From assembly GCA_016748015.1 (NCBI GenBank), contig JAAOMT010000193.1, positions 1 to 64,000 of the forward strand: a DNA stretch of 64,000 nucleotides, in the 5' to 3' direction. Numbering within the stretch: position 1 is the first letter of the stretch; every line of letters begins with the position of its first letter. A program made the position numbers and the translations under genes. Below the pieces are notes generated by a model. It did no database searches. It was not told the origin of the DNA and saw only the letters and a program-made list of their open reading frames with translations. This DNA is from Geosiphon pyriformis uo1. Lineage: Eukaryota; Fungi; Glomeromycota. Of this stretch, positions 52,101 to 62,955 are shown in pieces.

Positions 52101-53731
52101 CCAGTTTCTAGATTATTATAATATATTTTTTATGTAAAATATATTTTACAAGTAGAAAAAACTGAATTCTAGAAATGTGATTCCTAATTGGTTCAGTTTA
52201 TTGGTTAAGTTTATTAAAAGTAGTAATCTGAATAGTAATAGTGGTCTGATTTCTTATTTTTTTTTGTTTAATGCTTAAGTAAATTTGGTTTTATTTGTAA
52301 GTATCTTTTAAAAAGTAGATCTAATAGTGTAGTTGTTTATACAAATAGTTTGGTTAAGAAATTAGAATTTGTAAGTGTTTACAGTAATACTGTTGTCTAC
52401 TTTTTAAACATTGATATAAGTGAAAAAATTAAAATAAATGGCTTGTTTTCTTTAACTTTAGCAAAACTACAAGTTATTGTTTTTGCTTTAAAATATATTC
52501 CAATGTTTAACTTAGTTGTGTTATTTATAAATAGTCAAATATCATTGAATATAGATGTCTTAATTAGAAAAAATATCAATCTCAATTTTTGCAATAAATG
52601 CTAAATAAGAAAAGAACACATTCTTCATATTATTACATCTAAAAATCTAATAGTTAATTAAAATAAGATCAAAAATCATTTCAGAATTGTTGATAATAAG
52701 TGTGCTAATTTTTTTGCTAATTCTGTCATCATATCTGATTTTATGCTGCCTATTAAAATATTATGTCACTTTCTTATTATTGAAAACAAATCTGTTTCTT
52801 GAAATGTCCACTATTTTATTAGGCATCTTTTTAAAACAATCAGTTTTGTTGGTTGGAATTTTAAATGTGCTAATAATACTATAAACAAGTCTTTGTGTAG
52901 TCTGATTAATATGTATAGAATCTTTAATATATGGCATTTTAATAGTTGAGTTTATTTAGGTTTTACCAATTCAATCTTTACAATACTTTAGTCTTATTTT
53001 ATAAAAACCTTATACTACTGGTTGTTTATAGCCAAGAAAAAAAGATTATATAATTTGAGTTATCTTAGTATATTGTGTATTTAATGTAGATTAGTTAAGA
53101 ACTTTGACTATACATTTTTTTGTATTCATAATAACTGTATTAGGTTAAATCTGATTTAAAATGTGAACTGGTTTGCTAAGTGCTTATGCTATTAATAATA
53201 TGATAATCTGGTCCTTATATAAGACCAAATCTTCTAATTATTTATATATGTTATTGATTGATAAAAAAATGGATGGTAAACACAGTATGTTTATTGGATG
53301 GCAGATCTAATAGTGTGTTGTTAATTATCAATTTGGTCCAAAGTTTTGCTAAAGGCCACAGATCTATCATTTGGTTGCTGACTATTAAACTAAGAGTGCA
53401 TTATGAAAAGCATGATTTTTTACTACACAATAAATTCATGATTTCAGTTGTATTTGGCTTGGCATTTATATGGTCTCTTAAAATAATTCATGATTTTGGT
53501 TTTAGATTGAGTGTTCATGTTTGTTTTGGTTTATATTCTCATTTATCCAGTGTACGTTTTGGTTTTTTGCATGACTTCTCTGTTGTAAGTAGTTTAGATG
53601 CGTAATCCTGCCTTGATTGGCCCGAGTGGCTGGTCACGTGTAGAAAGAGCATAAGCCACACTTAATATAGGATCTTGTATGGTTTTATGATTTTAGGCTG
53701 CATTCGTAAAACAATTAATAAAAAAAAAAAA
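46200..53731 (+). mobile_element. Degenerate non-LTR retrotransposon (LINE): ORF1 to ~48970; ORF2 with APE endonuclease, RT, RNase H and CCHC; 3' UTR and poly-A
   Basis: APE-like start (WK..TCNV, ITETKL) at ~48980-49100. RT entry ISIIPKLYD*...NIRPIVLIKTA at 50640-50720. FV(N/D)(N/D)TIW at ~51243. RNase H VYT(N/D)SL...LA(K/E)LQ...(N/D)SQ at 52330-52540. Cys/His cluster at ~53070-53125. A-run at 53720-53731. The 5' boundary is approximate. Confidence 0.8.
46528..47330 (+). mobile_element. Eroded solo LTR of the same Gypsy lineage, inserted in LINE ORF1
   Basis: Termini TATTAC...TATAACA (decayed TGTTAC...TGTAACA), GAATTCC repeats, and the shared U5 block (ACCAAGTTACA..TTTGTTATTT...AAATAAT). Flanks ACAG / ATAA. 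Confidence 0.8.
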
Positions 53732-53833
53732 GTTTATTTATTTATTATTAATTTTTTTAGAATTTTCAATAAATATACGCACAATATATTTAAATGCTCT
53801 AAAATAACGAAAAACTAAATAACCACAAAGTCA

Positions 53834-54003
53834 AACAAATTTAATATGTTTTTAATAAATATTTTCAAAATAAGTTTCAATTTATTCAATTAATAGAGAT
53901 AATTGGTTTTAATTTTTAACAAATTTAATATGTTTTTAATAAATATTTTCAAAATAAGTTTCAATTTATTCAATTAATAGAGATAATTGGTTTTAATTTT
54001 TAA
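53834..54003. repeat. Exact tandem duplication, 84-bp period, 2 copies
   Basis: AACAAATTTAATATG...GGTTTTAATTTTT occurs at 53834 and again at 53918. Confidence 0.85.
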
Positions 54004-54478
54004 AAAACACTTAATGTAATAAAATAAAATAAAATCAATATAAAAATTGCAACTTTTAGACAATTGTAATTTTTGCAGTAATTACGACTTTTACAAATCG
54101 CGGCATATATATATAATTAAAAAATTGTTTTTAATTATAATTATTTATAATTGGTAAATTACTTTTTTTACGAATAGTTATAATTCAGACTTTAAAACAC
54201 AATAATTGCATTTAATTAAAGAATAAAAAAGATTTACTTATTTATTTTATTATAAAGATTTTTTGATATGAGAAAATAATTTATATAAAAGACAAAAATA
54301 AATTAAAACACTTTGTAAAAAGTCTTTTGTCATTACGACTCTTTTAAATAACAAATATTTTTTGATTCATTAACATTCCAGATAGATCACGGGGATTATT
54401 CTGGTTTAATTGGCTTGATGCGATATAGTAAACTGGTAAGAGACATTTGCTTGATTTGCATCTCTTTTAAAAAGACCA

Positions 54479-56856
54479 ATGAACCGTTTTGCGCGAGTAG
54501 AACTGACTTCTGGTTTGCGTCCTATTTTAGGCCCAACAGAAACTATCCTGGCCATTCAAGACAATATTGGTTTATATGAAGGGTAATTTAATATAAGACC
54601 AGAGTGTAAAGGTGGGAAGTCTTAATATTTTATAATGATTTTTTCATAATCCCATAGGAATGAAAAATTGGCCGAGTATGCAAATGGCAAAGTCTACTTA
54701 ACTACCCATAGGGTCATTTATGTCGACTCAGAACAACCGCAGACAAAATCTCTAGCGCTCAACTTACAGTTAGTAAAAGGACGCGAATTTTTTGTGAGCT
54801 TTTCCACGTTCAGAATCAATGATTTGTCTTAATAAGTTGAATACCTTTGATGTTCATCTTATTCTAACTTATAATCTGAAATTAGACTGGTTTTCTTAAA
54901 TCTTCTCCAAAAATCATACTTCGGTTTACTGAAAACATTTATGGGCTTAAATCTCAAGCACCAACCCTAGCATCTCCGTCATCTTCGACTACAACTCTTA
55001 TCACTCCTGCCATCTGGATTTGTCCCATTTGTTCCTATTCAAATAACTCCACTACCCTAAACCTTAAATGTCAACTCTGTGGGGTTAAACGCGTAGATGG
55101 TCCAGCAACAGCTCCTATATCTCTTAGCGATGTAAATAATGTTGTTGGCGATGGTGATGATGATGATGATAATGATGGTAGTGGCTCATTGTCCAAATCA
55201 CAACGATCCCCCTATACCAAAGAACCTACCGTCATATCTTCGAAGACACTCGCTACTTCCTCGGATGGCATTTCATGTCCTGTCTGTACTTTCTTTAACC
55301 ATCCAAGTATGATGCGATGTGAAGTTTGTGAATCGGAGTTAGGTACATTTAAGATTAACGGCTTAAAAATATCCGAGGATGCGATTATATTATCTCCAGC
55401 TCCGGGCAAATCTGTGACATCTGCCGTAGATTATGTCAAACTGGCGTTTCGTGGTGGTGGAAGTGGCCTGTTTTACGATAAATTAAAGATCGCTATGACA
55501 GAGAAGAAATGGGAGGTAAACAACATAGCTTAACGCATAATACATTTCTTTGTCAGATTGAATAATTTCTTACGGCGAAACCAATTTATAGAAAATGACA
55601 GAGCAGGCGCCTTCAAAATCAAGCCCAGATTTTAATCCTGGACTTGGGGGAATAAGTAAGTCGACCATCGTCTTTAAAGATTTTTTTATTATCCGTCAGC
55701 TTTTCGACATGATCTTTATAAAATCTTCTCAAGGGGGCATTGAACATAATGTCACTGAAAGCAAAAAAGAACAAGAGGAAACCTTGGCTCAAGCTTTTAA
55801 AGATTTGGATGGCCTTATGGCAAAAGCCGAGGAAATGGAAAGTTGGATAACTATGATACTAATAATTTTATGCTCGCTTAAACTTCTGTTTGACGCAATT
55901 TTAATTTTAAGATTATAATATTAACAGGTGAAACTCGCGGAATCCATGAAGCTCAGATTGAGCCGAGGTTCATCCGACTCTGAGGCGGATGAAGTCTCAT
56001 CCTTGAACACATATTTATTGGAATTAGGAGTTTCAAGTCCCGTAACTAAAAGGTTTGTGATGATTTATTCTCAGTTTTGAGAATTAAAAATTCAATTTAT
56101 ATTGATTAATTGGTCCCAATTTAAAGAAATACTTTTGATTTAGAGATGCTGGTTCAAGTTATCATCAGGAGCTATCAAGACAATTAGCTGAATTCCTTGA
56201 AAAAATCTTGGAACGGGAAAATGGAATGATGGCCCTCACCGACATCTATTGTCTCTTCAATCGGGCACGGGGTGTAGGTATGTATCCTTTATTCTTATTT
56301 CTGACATCTGAGCCCATTTTGGCTAAAATCTTTTATATCGTTAATCATCATAGCGCTAATATCACCTGAAGACTTATACAAGGCATGTTCCCTTTTTGAG
56401 AAACTGAACTTGCCGATGCGATTACGAAAATTCGAAAGTGGATTGAATGTTATTCAATCGGATATCCTTTAAATTTTGGCTCTCTCAACGTTGTTGTTTT
56501 TTATATTATTTTTTCCTCTTGTTATACCTTAGATCACTTCTGTACTTACCCATAGCGATGAACAGACTGCACAGCTTATTTTGAGTTTTATTCGAGCCGA
56601 GGGCCCCAAAACTGCCATTGACGTTGCAGAGCGACAGAACGCTAGTATTTTTTTAGTAACTGAACAACTACTGGTAAGCGTCATATCTATACATAGTTCC
56701 TAACTGATTCTTGAATAAAAATTTACAATCACGTTTCGCTGTTTTTTTTGGAAGATGACCGAAGCAAAAGGTCTGATATGCAGGGATGAGACGGTGGAGG
56801 GCATTAGATTTTACGATAACCTTATCAATAATTATCACTGGGAATCGGAGGATTGA
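54479..56856 (+). CDS. VPS36: Vacuolar protein sorting 36 (ESCRT-II), multi-exon
   Basis: GLUE N-terminus (MNRF...[23 protein letters not shown]), two NZF fingers ([19 protein letters not shown]...CEVC), [43 protein letters not shown] and [15 protein letters not shown]. About 9 exons. Confidence 0.93.
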
Positions 56857-57502
56857 ATAAGGAAAAACATTTTTCCAAAGACATTGTTTTTGGATGCCAA
56901 CCTAACAATATGCTACGACTGATCTGATCCTTGACTATTTGGTTCGGATTGCCACATAATTAAGATCAATCCTTATCAACTGACTCATAAAACCAATATC
57001 CTTATCGTCTTTTCCGCCCAAAGTCTCAAACTTAAGATGTACGATATTAGTTTACCAGCTTCATCTAAGAGCTGGATTTCATCTTGTCCATTAAATAATC
57101 CAAAAAACTCTGTGTTAAATGAGGTGGACGATGAAATTGAGATAAGGAACGAGGCCTTAGTAAAACAGTATATTACTAAGAGGACAATGGTGAATACTGC
57201 TGAATTAGAAAACAATGATAAAAAGGTATTATAGAAAGCCCATTTGGACATTTTGAATATTAAATTGAACTAGCATCTCTTAACTGGCCCATAAGCCAGA
57301 GAGTAATATCCTTATATTATGGGGGGATAAAAGTTTTTGGTACTTCATGTTATTTTCGTTCTTTGATCTCGTATATTCAACCATTACTGAATATAAACCA
57401 ACAATTTTGCCATGATTTATTTCGTGGTTTCCTGATCATCGTTATTAACGAAAAAGAGATTAAGTTGATCAAGACAAAATAATAGTGTTTCAACGACACT
57501 CT

Positions 57503-59632
57503 TCATTGAGATGATGGCGAATTTTTCTGATAAAAGTCAAACAATGAAAAATTTGAGCGAGTACTTTGCCGGGATTGATTGTGAAAACGTCCTAAACTTT
57601 TATGATCGCCCAAGATCGTTTTGCGCTTTGACTTACTCTTTGCATCACTTCTATTGTGACTTTTTTCCTTGATTTTAGTGACACTCAAGCAAAAATCTAT
57701 ATGTGTACTCATTCGTAATTCCGAAAGCCCAGAAAACCTTGCGTTACATATGGGACATTCCCAATTAACATCGTTAGAAGCATCTGACTGTACTCGATCC
57801 GTGCATACATTTTTGGTAAATGCTTCCATAAATGACGAAAACCTCAAAGAATTTTCGTTGGATTTTATTTGATGAGTCTTCACATCACGCGTATTGTGGG
57901 AAGATTCAAAGAGTGTGAGGTCTTGTGAATCAAGGTTTTCCAATGCACAATTGATGTTTGTCTCTTTCACGATATTATTGTCATGAGGGTGGCTTTCGAT
58001 GCACAATTTTTTCTGAGAACTACTGTCTTGTAAGGGAAAATACCTTTTAACTCCATGCTTGGACCCCTCATCACGATTACGCAAAGTTGACAAACGAAGC
58101 CCCATGAGTCGTAAGTCAAGCGGAAATTCAGCTTCCAATATCTGCTTTCCATAATAAAACAAATCTTCAGCACTATGAATATACTTGGGGATTGTCTTTG
58201 CTCTAGTAAATAGCTTGAAGGAAGTTAATTTCAGCTTAAGAGAAATGTTTCTCCCCTCCAAATTTTCGGTGACAAGATCTTCTGCCAAGTGAGCTGCCAA
58301 CTCGCGAAGTTTAATTTCTAAATCTTCGGTTTTGTGTAATGGGGCAAATGTTCTCTCAACGCTTATGCTCTTTCGATTCCATTCTACAGACACTTCAATC
58401 GAGCCAATACCTAATGCCACGCGAGCGAGAAAATTGAAAGAGGTCTCCGAAAAGAGCTTGTATACAATCAAGAGTTTATTATATAAATCGCCGCATGTCT
58501 TGATCTCGAGTGCATTCAAAATTCTTTCAGTAACTCTCCCAATCCCACCAATTTTGCGAATGGACAGTTCCTTTATAAAATCTAGCACAGCTTGGCGATT
58601 ATGTGGAAGCTGGTATTGACCATTTGGCTTGTTCATATCTGAACATATCTTAGCTAGCATCTTATTAGGTCCAATTCCAGCGCTAGCTGTAAGGTGTGTT
58701 TCTTTGAATATTTGATCACGAATTTGTTCAACAACTTCGGCAGATGTTAGATCAGTTTCATCCAAGTAACCGGTAATATTAAGATAAGCTTCATCTAAAC
58801 CCATCGAGCAAAATTCTGGATCATACCTAGCCAAGATTTCCTGAACTTGCTTTGATACAGCGGTGTACTTTTCGAAATGGCAGGGCACTATTATAATTTG
58901 GGGACATAACTTCTTAGCAATAAATCCGGGCATCGCACTACGTACACCGTACTTTCTAGCCTCATAATTTGCGGTTGATAACATTGACATTCCACCAACT
59001 CCCAATGGTTTCCCACGTAAATCTGAATTGTCACGTTCTTCCACAGAAGCGTAAAAAGCATCCATATCAATGTGAACTATGGTTTGTGACATGTCACGAA
59101 GGCTCTCATACTCTTGCAGTTTTGCATTAATGATTTCCGAATTTGTAGATAAATCCATGTCCTTTAAGGTTTTGTATTTTCTTAGCATCTCCTCAATTTT
59201 CACAGATAAAGCAGCATCTTTTTTCGCCTCGTTTTCAAAAAATGCAGAGCCCTTGGAAGCTTCATATATTATTGTGTTAACTTTATCCTTATCCACCCCT
59301 TGTAGACCCGCTTTGGTAGCAGCTAATCCTGATATTCTGGCACGCAAAGACTCATTTTCATCGTAGACTTTCAAGTCTTGACTAGGATTCGAAAATATGT
59401 TGCAGTCTTTTCGTGCTAACGCCTCTTGTGTTGGCGCTGCTGCTTCAGCCGTGGGAATGAAACAGTTTGAAGTTTCTAAAAGGCTACCATGGTCTTCAGA
59501 GCTTCTTGCAGTTTCAATAATCGAAGTAGTGCACTCTTTTCCCTTGGTTGACGATGTCTTAAGCCCATATTCTAGTGTAGAATTTTCTTCGTTATCGAAA
59601 ACATTTAATTGGGCTTGGAGCTCTTCAGCCAT
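57503..59632 (-). CDS. POLK: DNA polymerase kappa (Y-family, DinB ortholog), single exon
   Basis: KAGLQGVDKDKVNTIIYEASKGSAFF N-clasp, HIDMDAFYASVE, STANYEARKYGVRSAMP, GLDEAYL, KICSDMNKPNGQ, RKSISVERTF and a C-terminal UBZ (CPIC...HIDFC). Confidence 0.96.
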   Translation of the reverse strand: MAEELQAQLNVFDNEENSTLEYGLKTSSTKGKECTTSIIETARSSEDHGSLLETSNCFIPTAEAAAPTQEALARKDCNIFSNPSQDLKVYDENESLRARISGLAATKAGLQGVDKDKVNTIIYEASKGSAFFENEAKKDAALSVKIEEMLRKYKTLKDMDLSTNSEIINAKLQEYESLRDMSQTIVHIDMDAFYASVEERDNSDLRGKPLGVGGMSMLSTANYEARKYGVRSAMPGFIAKKLCPQIIIVPCHFEKYTAVSKQVQEILARYDPEFCSMGLDEAYLNITGYLDETDLTSAEVVEQIRDQIFKETHLTASAGIGPNKMLAKICSDMNKPNGQYQLPHNRQAVLDFIKELSIRKIGGIGRVTERILNALEIKTCGDLYNKLLIVYKLFSETSFNFLARVALGIGSIEVSVEWNRKSISVERTFAPLHKTEDLEIKLRELAAHLAEDLVTENLEGRNISLKLKLTSFKLFTRAKTIPKYIHSAEDLFYYGKQILEAEFPLDLRLMGLRLSTLRNRDEGSKHGVKRYFPLQDSSSQKKLCIESHPHDNNIVKETNINCALENLDSQDLTLFESSHNTRDVKTHQIKSNENSLRFSSFMEAFTKNVCTDRVQSDASNDVNWECPICNARFSGLSELRMSTHIDFCLSVTKIKEKSHNRSDAKSKSKRKTILGDHKSLGRFHNQSRQSTRSNFSLFDFYQKNSPSSQ

Positions 59633-59960
59633 TTAATCGTAAAACTCTAATATAATGAATATAGTGCTGGAATCCTGGCTTCTAAACAAAACGCGAACAA
59701 AATTGTTAAACTTTTTTTTGTGCAATTAATAAAATACATTGCGAAATTATATTTTAAGTTTAACATATAAGGAAACAAAACACGAGAATTATGACTTAAA
59801 AACAATTTATATTGATCAGCTTTGAAGATTTAGGCAAAATTTGATAATGTAGATAGGCATGTAAAAACAGGATAGTTTTATTGGAGCAAATATTATGGGC
59901 TCTAACTCTAAGGATCATATATTTTTCCCAGATAATACTTTGATCTTTCAATTTTAGCTT

Positions 59961-60884
59961 CTAGCGATTCATATAAGCAATCATATTGATTCGTTGCTTC
60001 CTATTCTTCTCTTCCTGCTGAGCTGTTTCTTTAGCACTCAAAAGTCTCTTGCCGCCCTGTGGCAGTTTATCTTCTTGCTGCCCACCAGTTCCAGCAATAG
60101 TATCACTAATGTATACTTTCTTCGAATTAAGTGAGCTTGAAGCGGTAGATTTGGACTTCACACCAATACCCGATCGATCACTTTTCCATTTTGTAAATAC
60201 TGGTAATCTCCTGCCTTGTTCATTGACCCCCAATCCCTTTTCATAACTCCATCCTTGACCACGAAGCATACGAAACCCAATGTTTGTCTCATTAAGGACC
60301 AACGGATCAACTGGAACTTGTGCTTCAGGTGTATAAGACATCAAATGGGCGGTCCCACGTAGGTGTTGTTCGACCGTATGTGATGGAATATGAATAGAAC
60401 AACTTTCACAAAACCATGTATCTTTACCTTGATTATCACTTGAGTAAAATGAGGATTTAGTGATAATTGAAGTTGTTGGCATTAAATTGGCATTAATTGA
60501 TGATTTATTGTGGTCTGTCATTGAAGACTTTTTTTTTGCTGCGCTAGAAACTGGGGATTGAATATGGCCCACAAATTTCTTGTATGATCTTGTTGGATTA
60601 CGGGTGTTATTAGTTTTTGATATTGAACTTTTTTGGTCAAGAGAAAAACTATGATCACTAGAAAAATCGGTACTACTCTTATTACTTGGAGGCAAAGATA
60701 TCACGCTTTGATAAAAGTCGGAAATGCTCTCAGCACTATTTATGACTTTAGTTGTTGGTTCTTCAAATACGGAAGTTTCGTCATCTTGTTCGAGAGAAGT
60801 ATCAGTTTGAGAGCTCACTGTGGAAGGAACAAACATAATCCGTTTTGGAAGTGAAAGCTCATTTGGAGGGGGTGAAACTGACAT
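59961..60884 (-). CDS. G-patch domain protein with a C2H2/U1-like zinc finger (similar to the GPANK1 C-terminal region)
   Basis: FCESC...HLRGTAH followed by the G-patch NIGFRMLRGQGWSYEKGLG...GRRLPV...DRSGIG. The N-terminus is Ser-rich. Confidence 0.85.
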   Translation of the reverse strand: MSVSPPPNELSLPKRIMFVPSTVSSQTDTSLEQDDETSVFEEPTTKVINSAESISDFYQSVISLPPSNKSSTDFSSDHSFSLDQKSSISKTNNTRNPTRSYKKFVGHIQSPVSSAAKKKSSMTDHNKSSINANLMPTTSIITKSSFYSSDNQGKDTWFCESCSIHIPSHTVEQHLRGTAHLMSYTPEAQVPVDPLVLNETNIGFRMLRGQGWSYEKGLGVNEQGRRLPVFTKWKSDRSGIGVKSKSTASSSLNSKKVYISDTIAGTGGQQEDKLPQGGKRLLSAKETAQQEEKNRKQRINMIAYMNR

Positions 60885-61015
60885 TATTTCCTATGGTTGA
60901 AAAAGGCTGATAGTTCTCACTTAAAACAAAACTATAGGTTTTAGTGTAACAGATTAGTGATAACTAATAAGATCAACCAATTTGGAATTTCTTTCTTATA
61001 TTTCTTTAAAATTTT
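60885..61015. promoter_or_regulatory. Putative compact bidirectional promoter
   Basis: Only 131 bp separate the divergent ATGs of the G-patch gene and NDUFS4. Confidence 0.55.
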
Positions 61016-61893
61016 ATGGCGAAACTTGTTTCTAGACCCCTTCTTCATTCCTCCAGGTCTTTCGCCACTTTTTTTCTTTCTTCCAAATTTCCTAGCATAT
61101 TTCAAAGATTCAGCTCAACAAATGTCTCTAGAAATAAAGCGTCTAGCGACGCTTCTAGAGAACCCACCGAAGTCATTAAATCTGATGAGATAACTGGCCA
61201 TGTAATCCCAGCAGATGCTGTCTCAGGTGCACCTGAAGAGATACGCTACCGCACTGCCCGTATTTACAAGCCTTCTAGGACGGCGATGCAATCTGGCACC
61301 CACGGCACAAAATTATGGAGACTTGACTTTGACGTTCTTGAAGGCGGCATGTGGGAAAATCCTCTGATGGGGTGGGTTAGCAGGTGAGTTTTTAGTTCGA
61401 GAGTATAAGGGTGCTTAAATCGGCAAATCCTGACAAAGGCTTTATTGAATCCGAGAAGGCAATATAAAAGAGTCATGGAAAACAATTGTTTTAATTTCAA
61501 TTGGTGGTCTGGTTTTGAAAAATAAAATTTTGTACATTAAGATAACCTAATGTCGAGTTGTCTCAAAAGATAAAATTCTTTGGCGACACTAAATTTATAA
61601 TAATTCTAATTTTCATGAATCAAATTTTAAGTGCTGACTATTTACACGCATTACAAATGAAATTTCCATCCAAGGAAGATGCGATTCATTTCGCTGAAAA
61701 ACAAGGTATGTAGTTGGTGCTGTTTTAAAATTTTGAAATCAAATCCCTCACAGTAAGCATTTATGGCAATCTCTTTATTAAAGGATGGGATTATTACGTT
61801 CAAGAATCAAAAGAGCCATTGTTTCGAGTTAAAAGTTACGCCAATAATTACAAATATTCACCTGGAAAATTGAGACTAATAAAGACAAAATGA
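61016..61893 (+). CDS. NDUFS4: NADH:ubiquinone oxidoreductase subunit NDUFS4; exons ~61016-61383, 61632-61706, 61784-61893
   Basis: Mitochondrial presequence-like N-terminus, SGAPEE..R.ARIYKPSRTAMQSG, WENPLMGW, F.SKEDAI.FAEKQGWDY, KSYANNY. GT-AG introns. Confidence 0.93.
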
Positions 61894-61937
61894 AGAACAG
61901 TAATATTCCAGGGGAAAAGTTGAAATTTAAAATCTCA

Positions 61938-62675
61938 CTAAATTAATTGACGAAAAGTCAAACTTATTCTGCCTTCAATCACCCTCTTTTGCTTGGGAAT
62001 TGAATGTTTCCAATATAATTGTGTTTTTCCTTTCATCACAAGCAAGGACCCATCTTCTAGTACCCATTTTTTAGTGAGTTTCCTATCATTCTTATTTTTG
62101 AAAACTAAAGCCCTTTGCGAACCCAAGCTCACACAAGCGATCACACCATCAGGTACCAATCCTTTTTCGTCATCAGAATGCTCACCGATAGAATCTTCAC
62201 CATTTTTATACCAGTTAAGTAAAACAAAGTTGAACTCTACCCTAAGTATTTTTTCAATTTTTTCCTTTATTATTTTCACGGTTGGTGGATACTCAACCGC
62301 GTCAACGCTAGCCGTAGTTCCTGAATACCGATATACTTTTCCCGAATCAGATCCAAAGGAGCATGTTTTTCGTGCTGCATATGCTGGGCGGCCAAACATT
62401 ATAAAAGTGGGACGCCTCCAGTAAGGTAATAACGAGAGTTCTCGATAATATGAATTGCTTTCTTTAGAAGATAAGCCTATGTCAGTATAGTATAATACTT
62501 GGGCGTTTGGAAGCTCAAGATCAACAAAAGGGATGGTATCATTATTATGCGTTAGTTTTGGCTTCTTGTTACTTTGGTCAATCGTTTCTTCTTTCTTTTT
62601 GAAAAATGTCTTAATACTGCTTTGAGAGTTTCGGTCAGCGCTGATTGAAGCCGCAAAACTAATAGACCGTTTCAT
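61938..62675 (-). CDS. ALKBH2: AlkB-family Fe(II)/2OG dioxygenase, ALKBH2-like, single exon
   Basis: YRYSG, FNFVLLNWYKNGEDSIGEHSDDE (HxD), IACVSLG, GSLLVM, WKHSIPK, RISLTFR. First ATG at 62675. Confidence 0.88.
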   Translation of the reverse strand: MKRSISFAASISADRNSQSSIKTFFKKKEETIDQSNKKPKLTHNNDTIPFVDLELPNAQVLYYTDIGLSSKESNSYYRELSLLPYWRRPTFIMFGRPAYAARKTCSFGSDSGKVYRYSGTTASVDAVEYPPTVKIIKEKIEKILRVEFNFVLLNWYKNGEDSIGEHSDDEKGLVPDGVIACVSLGSQRALVFKNKNDRKLTKKWVLEDGSLLVMKGKTQLYWKHSIPKQKRVIEGRISLTFRQLI

Positions 62676-62955
62676 ACTCTGGAGTAGCAAAACAAAATTA
62701 TGTTTAATATTTAACTAATTAATATCACATCAAAACAATCGAAAATTATTAAATATATGTTATAAGGTGTGGATGAATCTAGTTGTAACAACCTGTTACA
62801 TGAAACAACCTCGAAAATAGCTTCAATTAGGATCGGAAATTTTAATAAATTTTAAAAAAATAACATGTAATAATGATGTGTATTATTTATTATTATTGGA
62901 CAAATTAAAGTTGGATCATTAATTTCACTAGAAATAAATGCAATGTTTAATTTAC

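Noticed and set aside
47291-53605. Short hydrophobic F/L/I/K/N-rich ORFs as membrane proteins
   Set aside because: They are fragments or shadows of the AT-eroded LINE. The composition reflects C>T/G>A decay.
53834-54003. 84-bp tandem duplication as a boundary or regulatory element
   Set aside because: An exact two-copy AT-rich duplication with no motif. A recent slippage event or assembly artefact is equally likely.
57669-59636. Plus-strand ORFs overlapping POLK (similarly 60049, 60633, 61993)
   Set aside because: Antisense shadows of well-supported minus-strand genes, with no recognisable motifs.
62784-62800. Small palindrome TGTAACAACCTGTTACA resembling joined LTR termini or a MULE TIR
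   Set aside because: Too short, with no partner TIR or LTR body visible inside the window.
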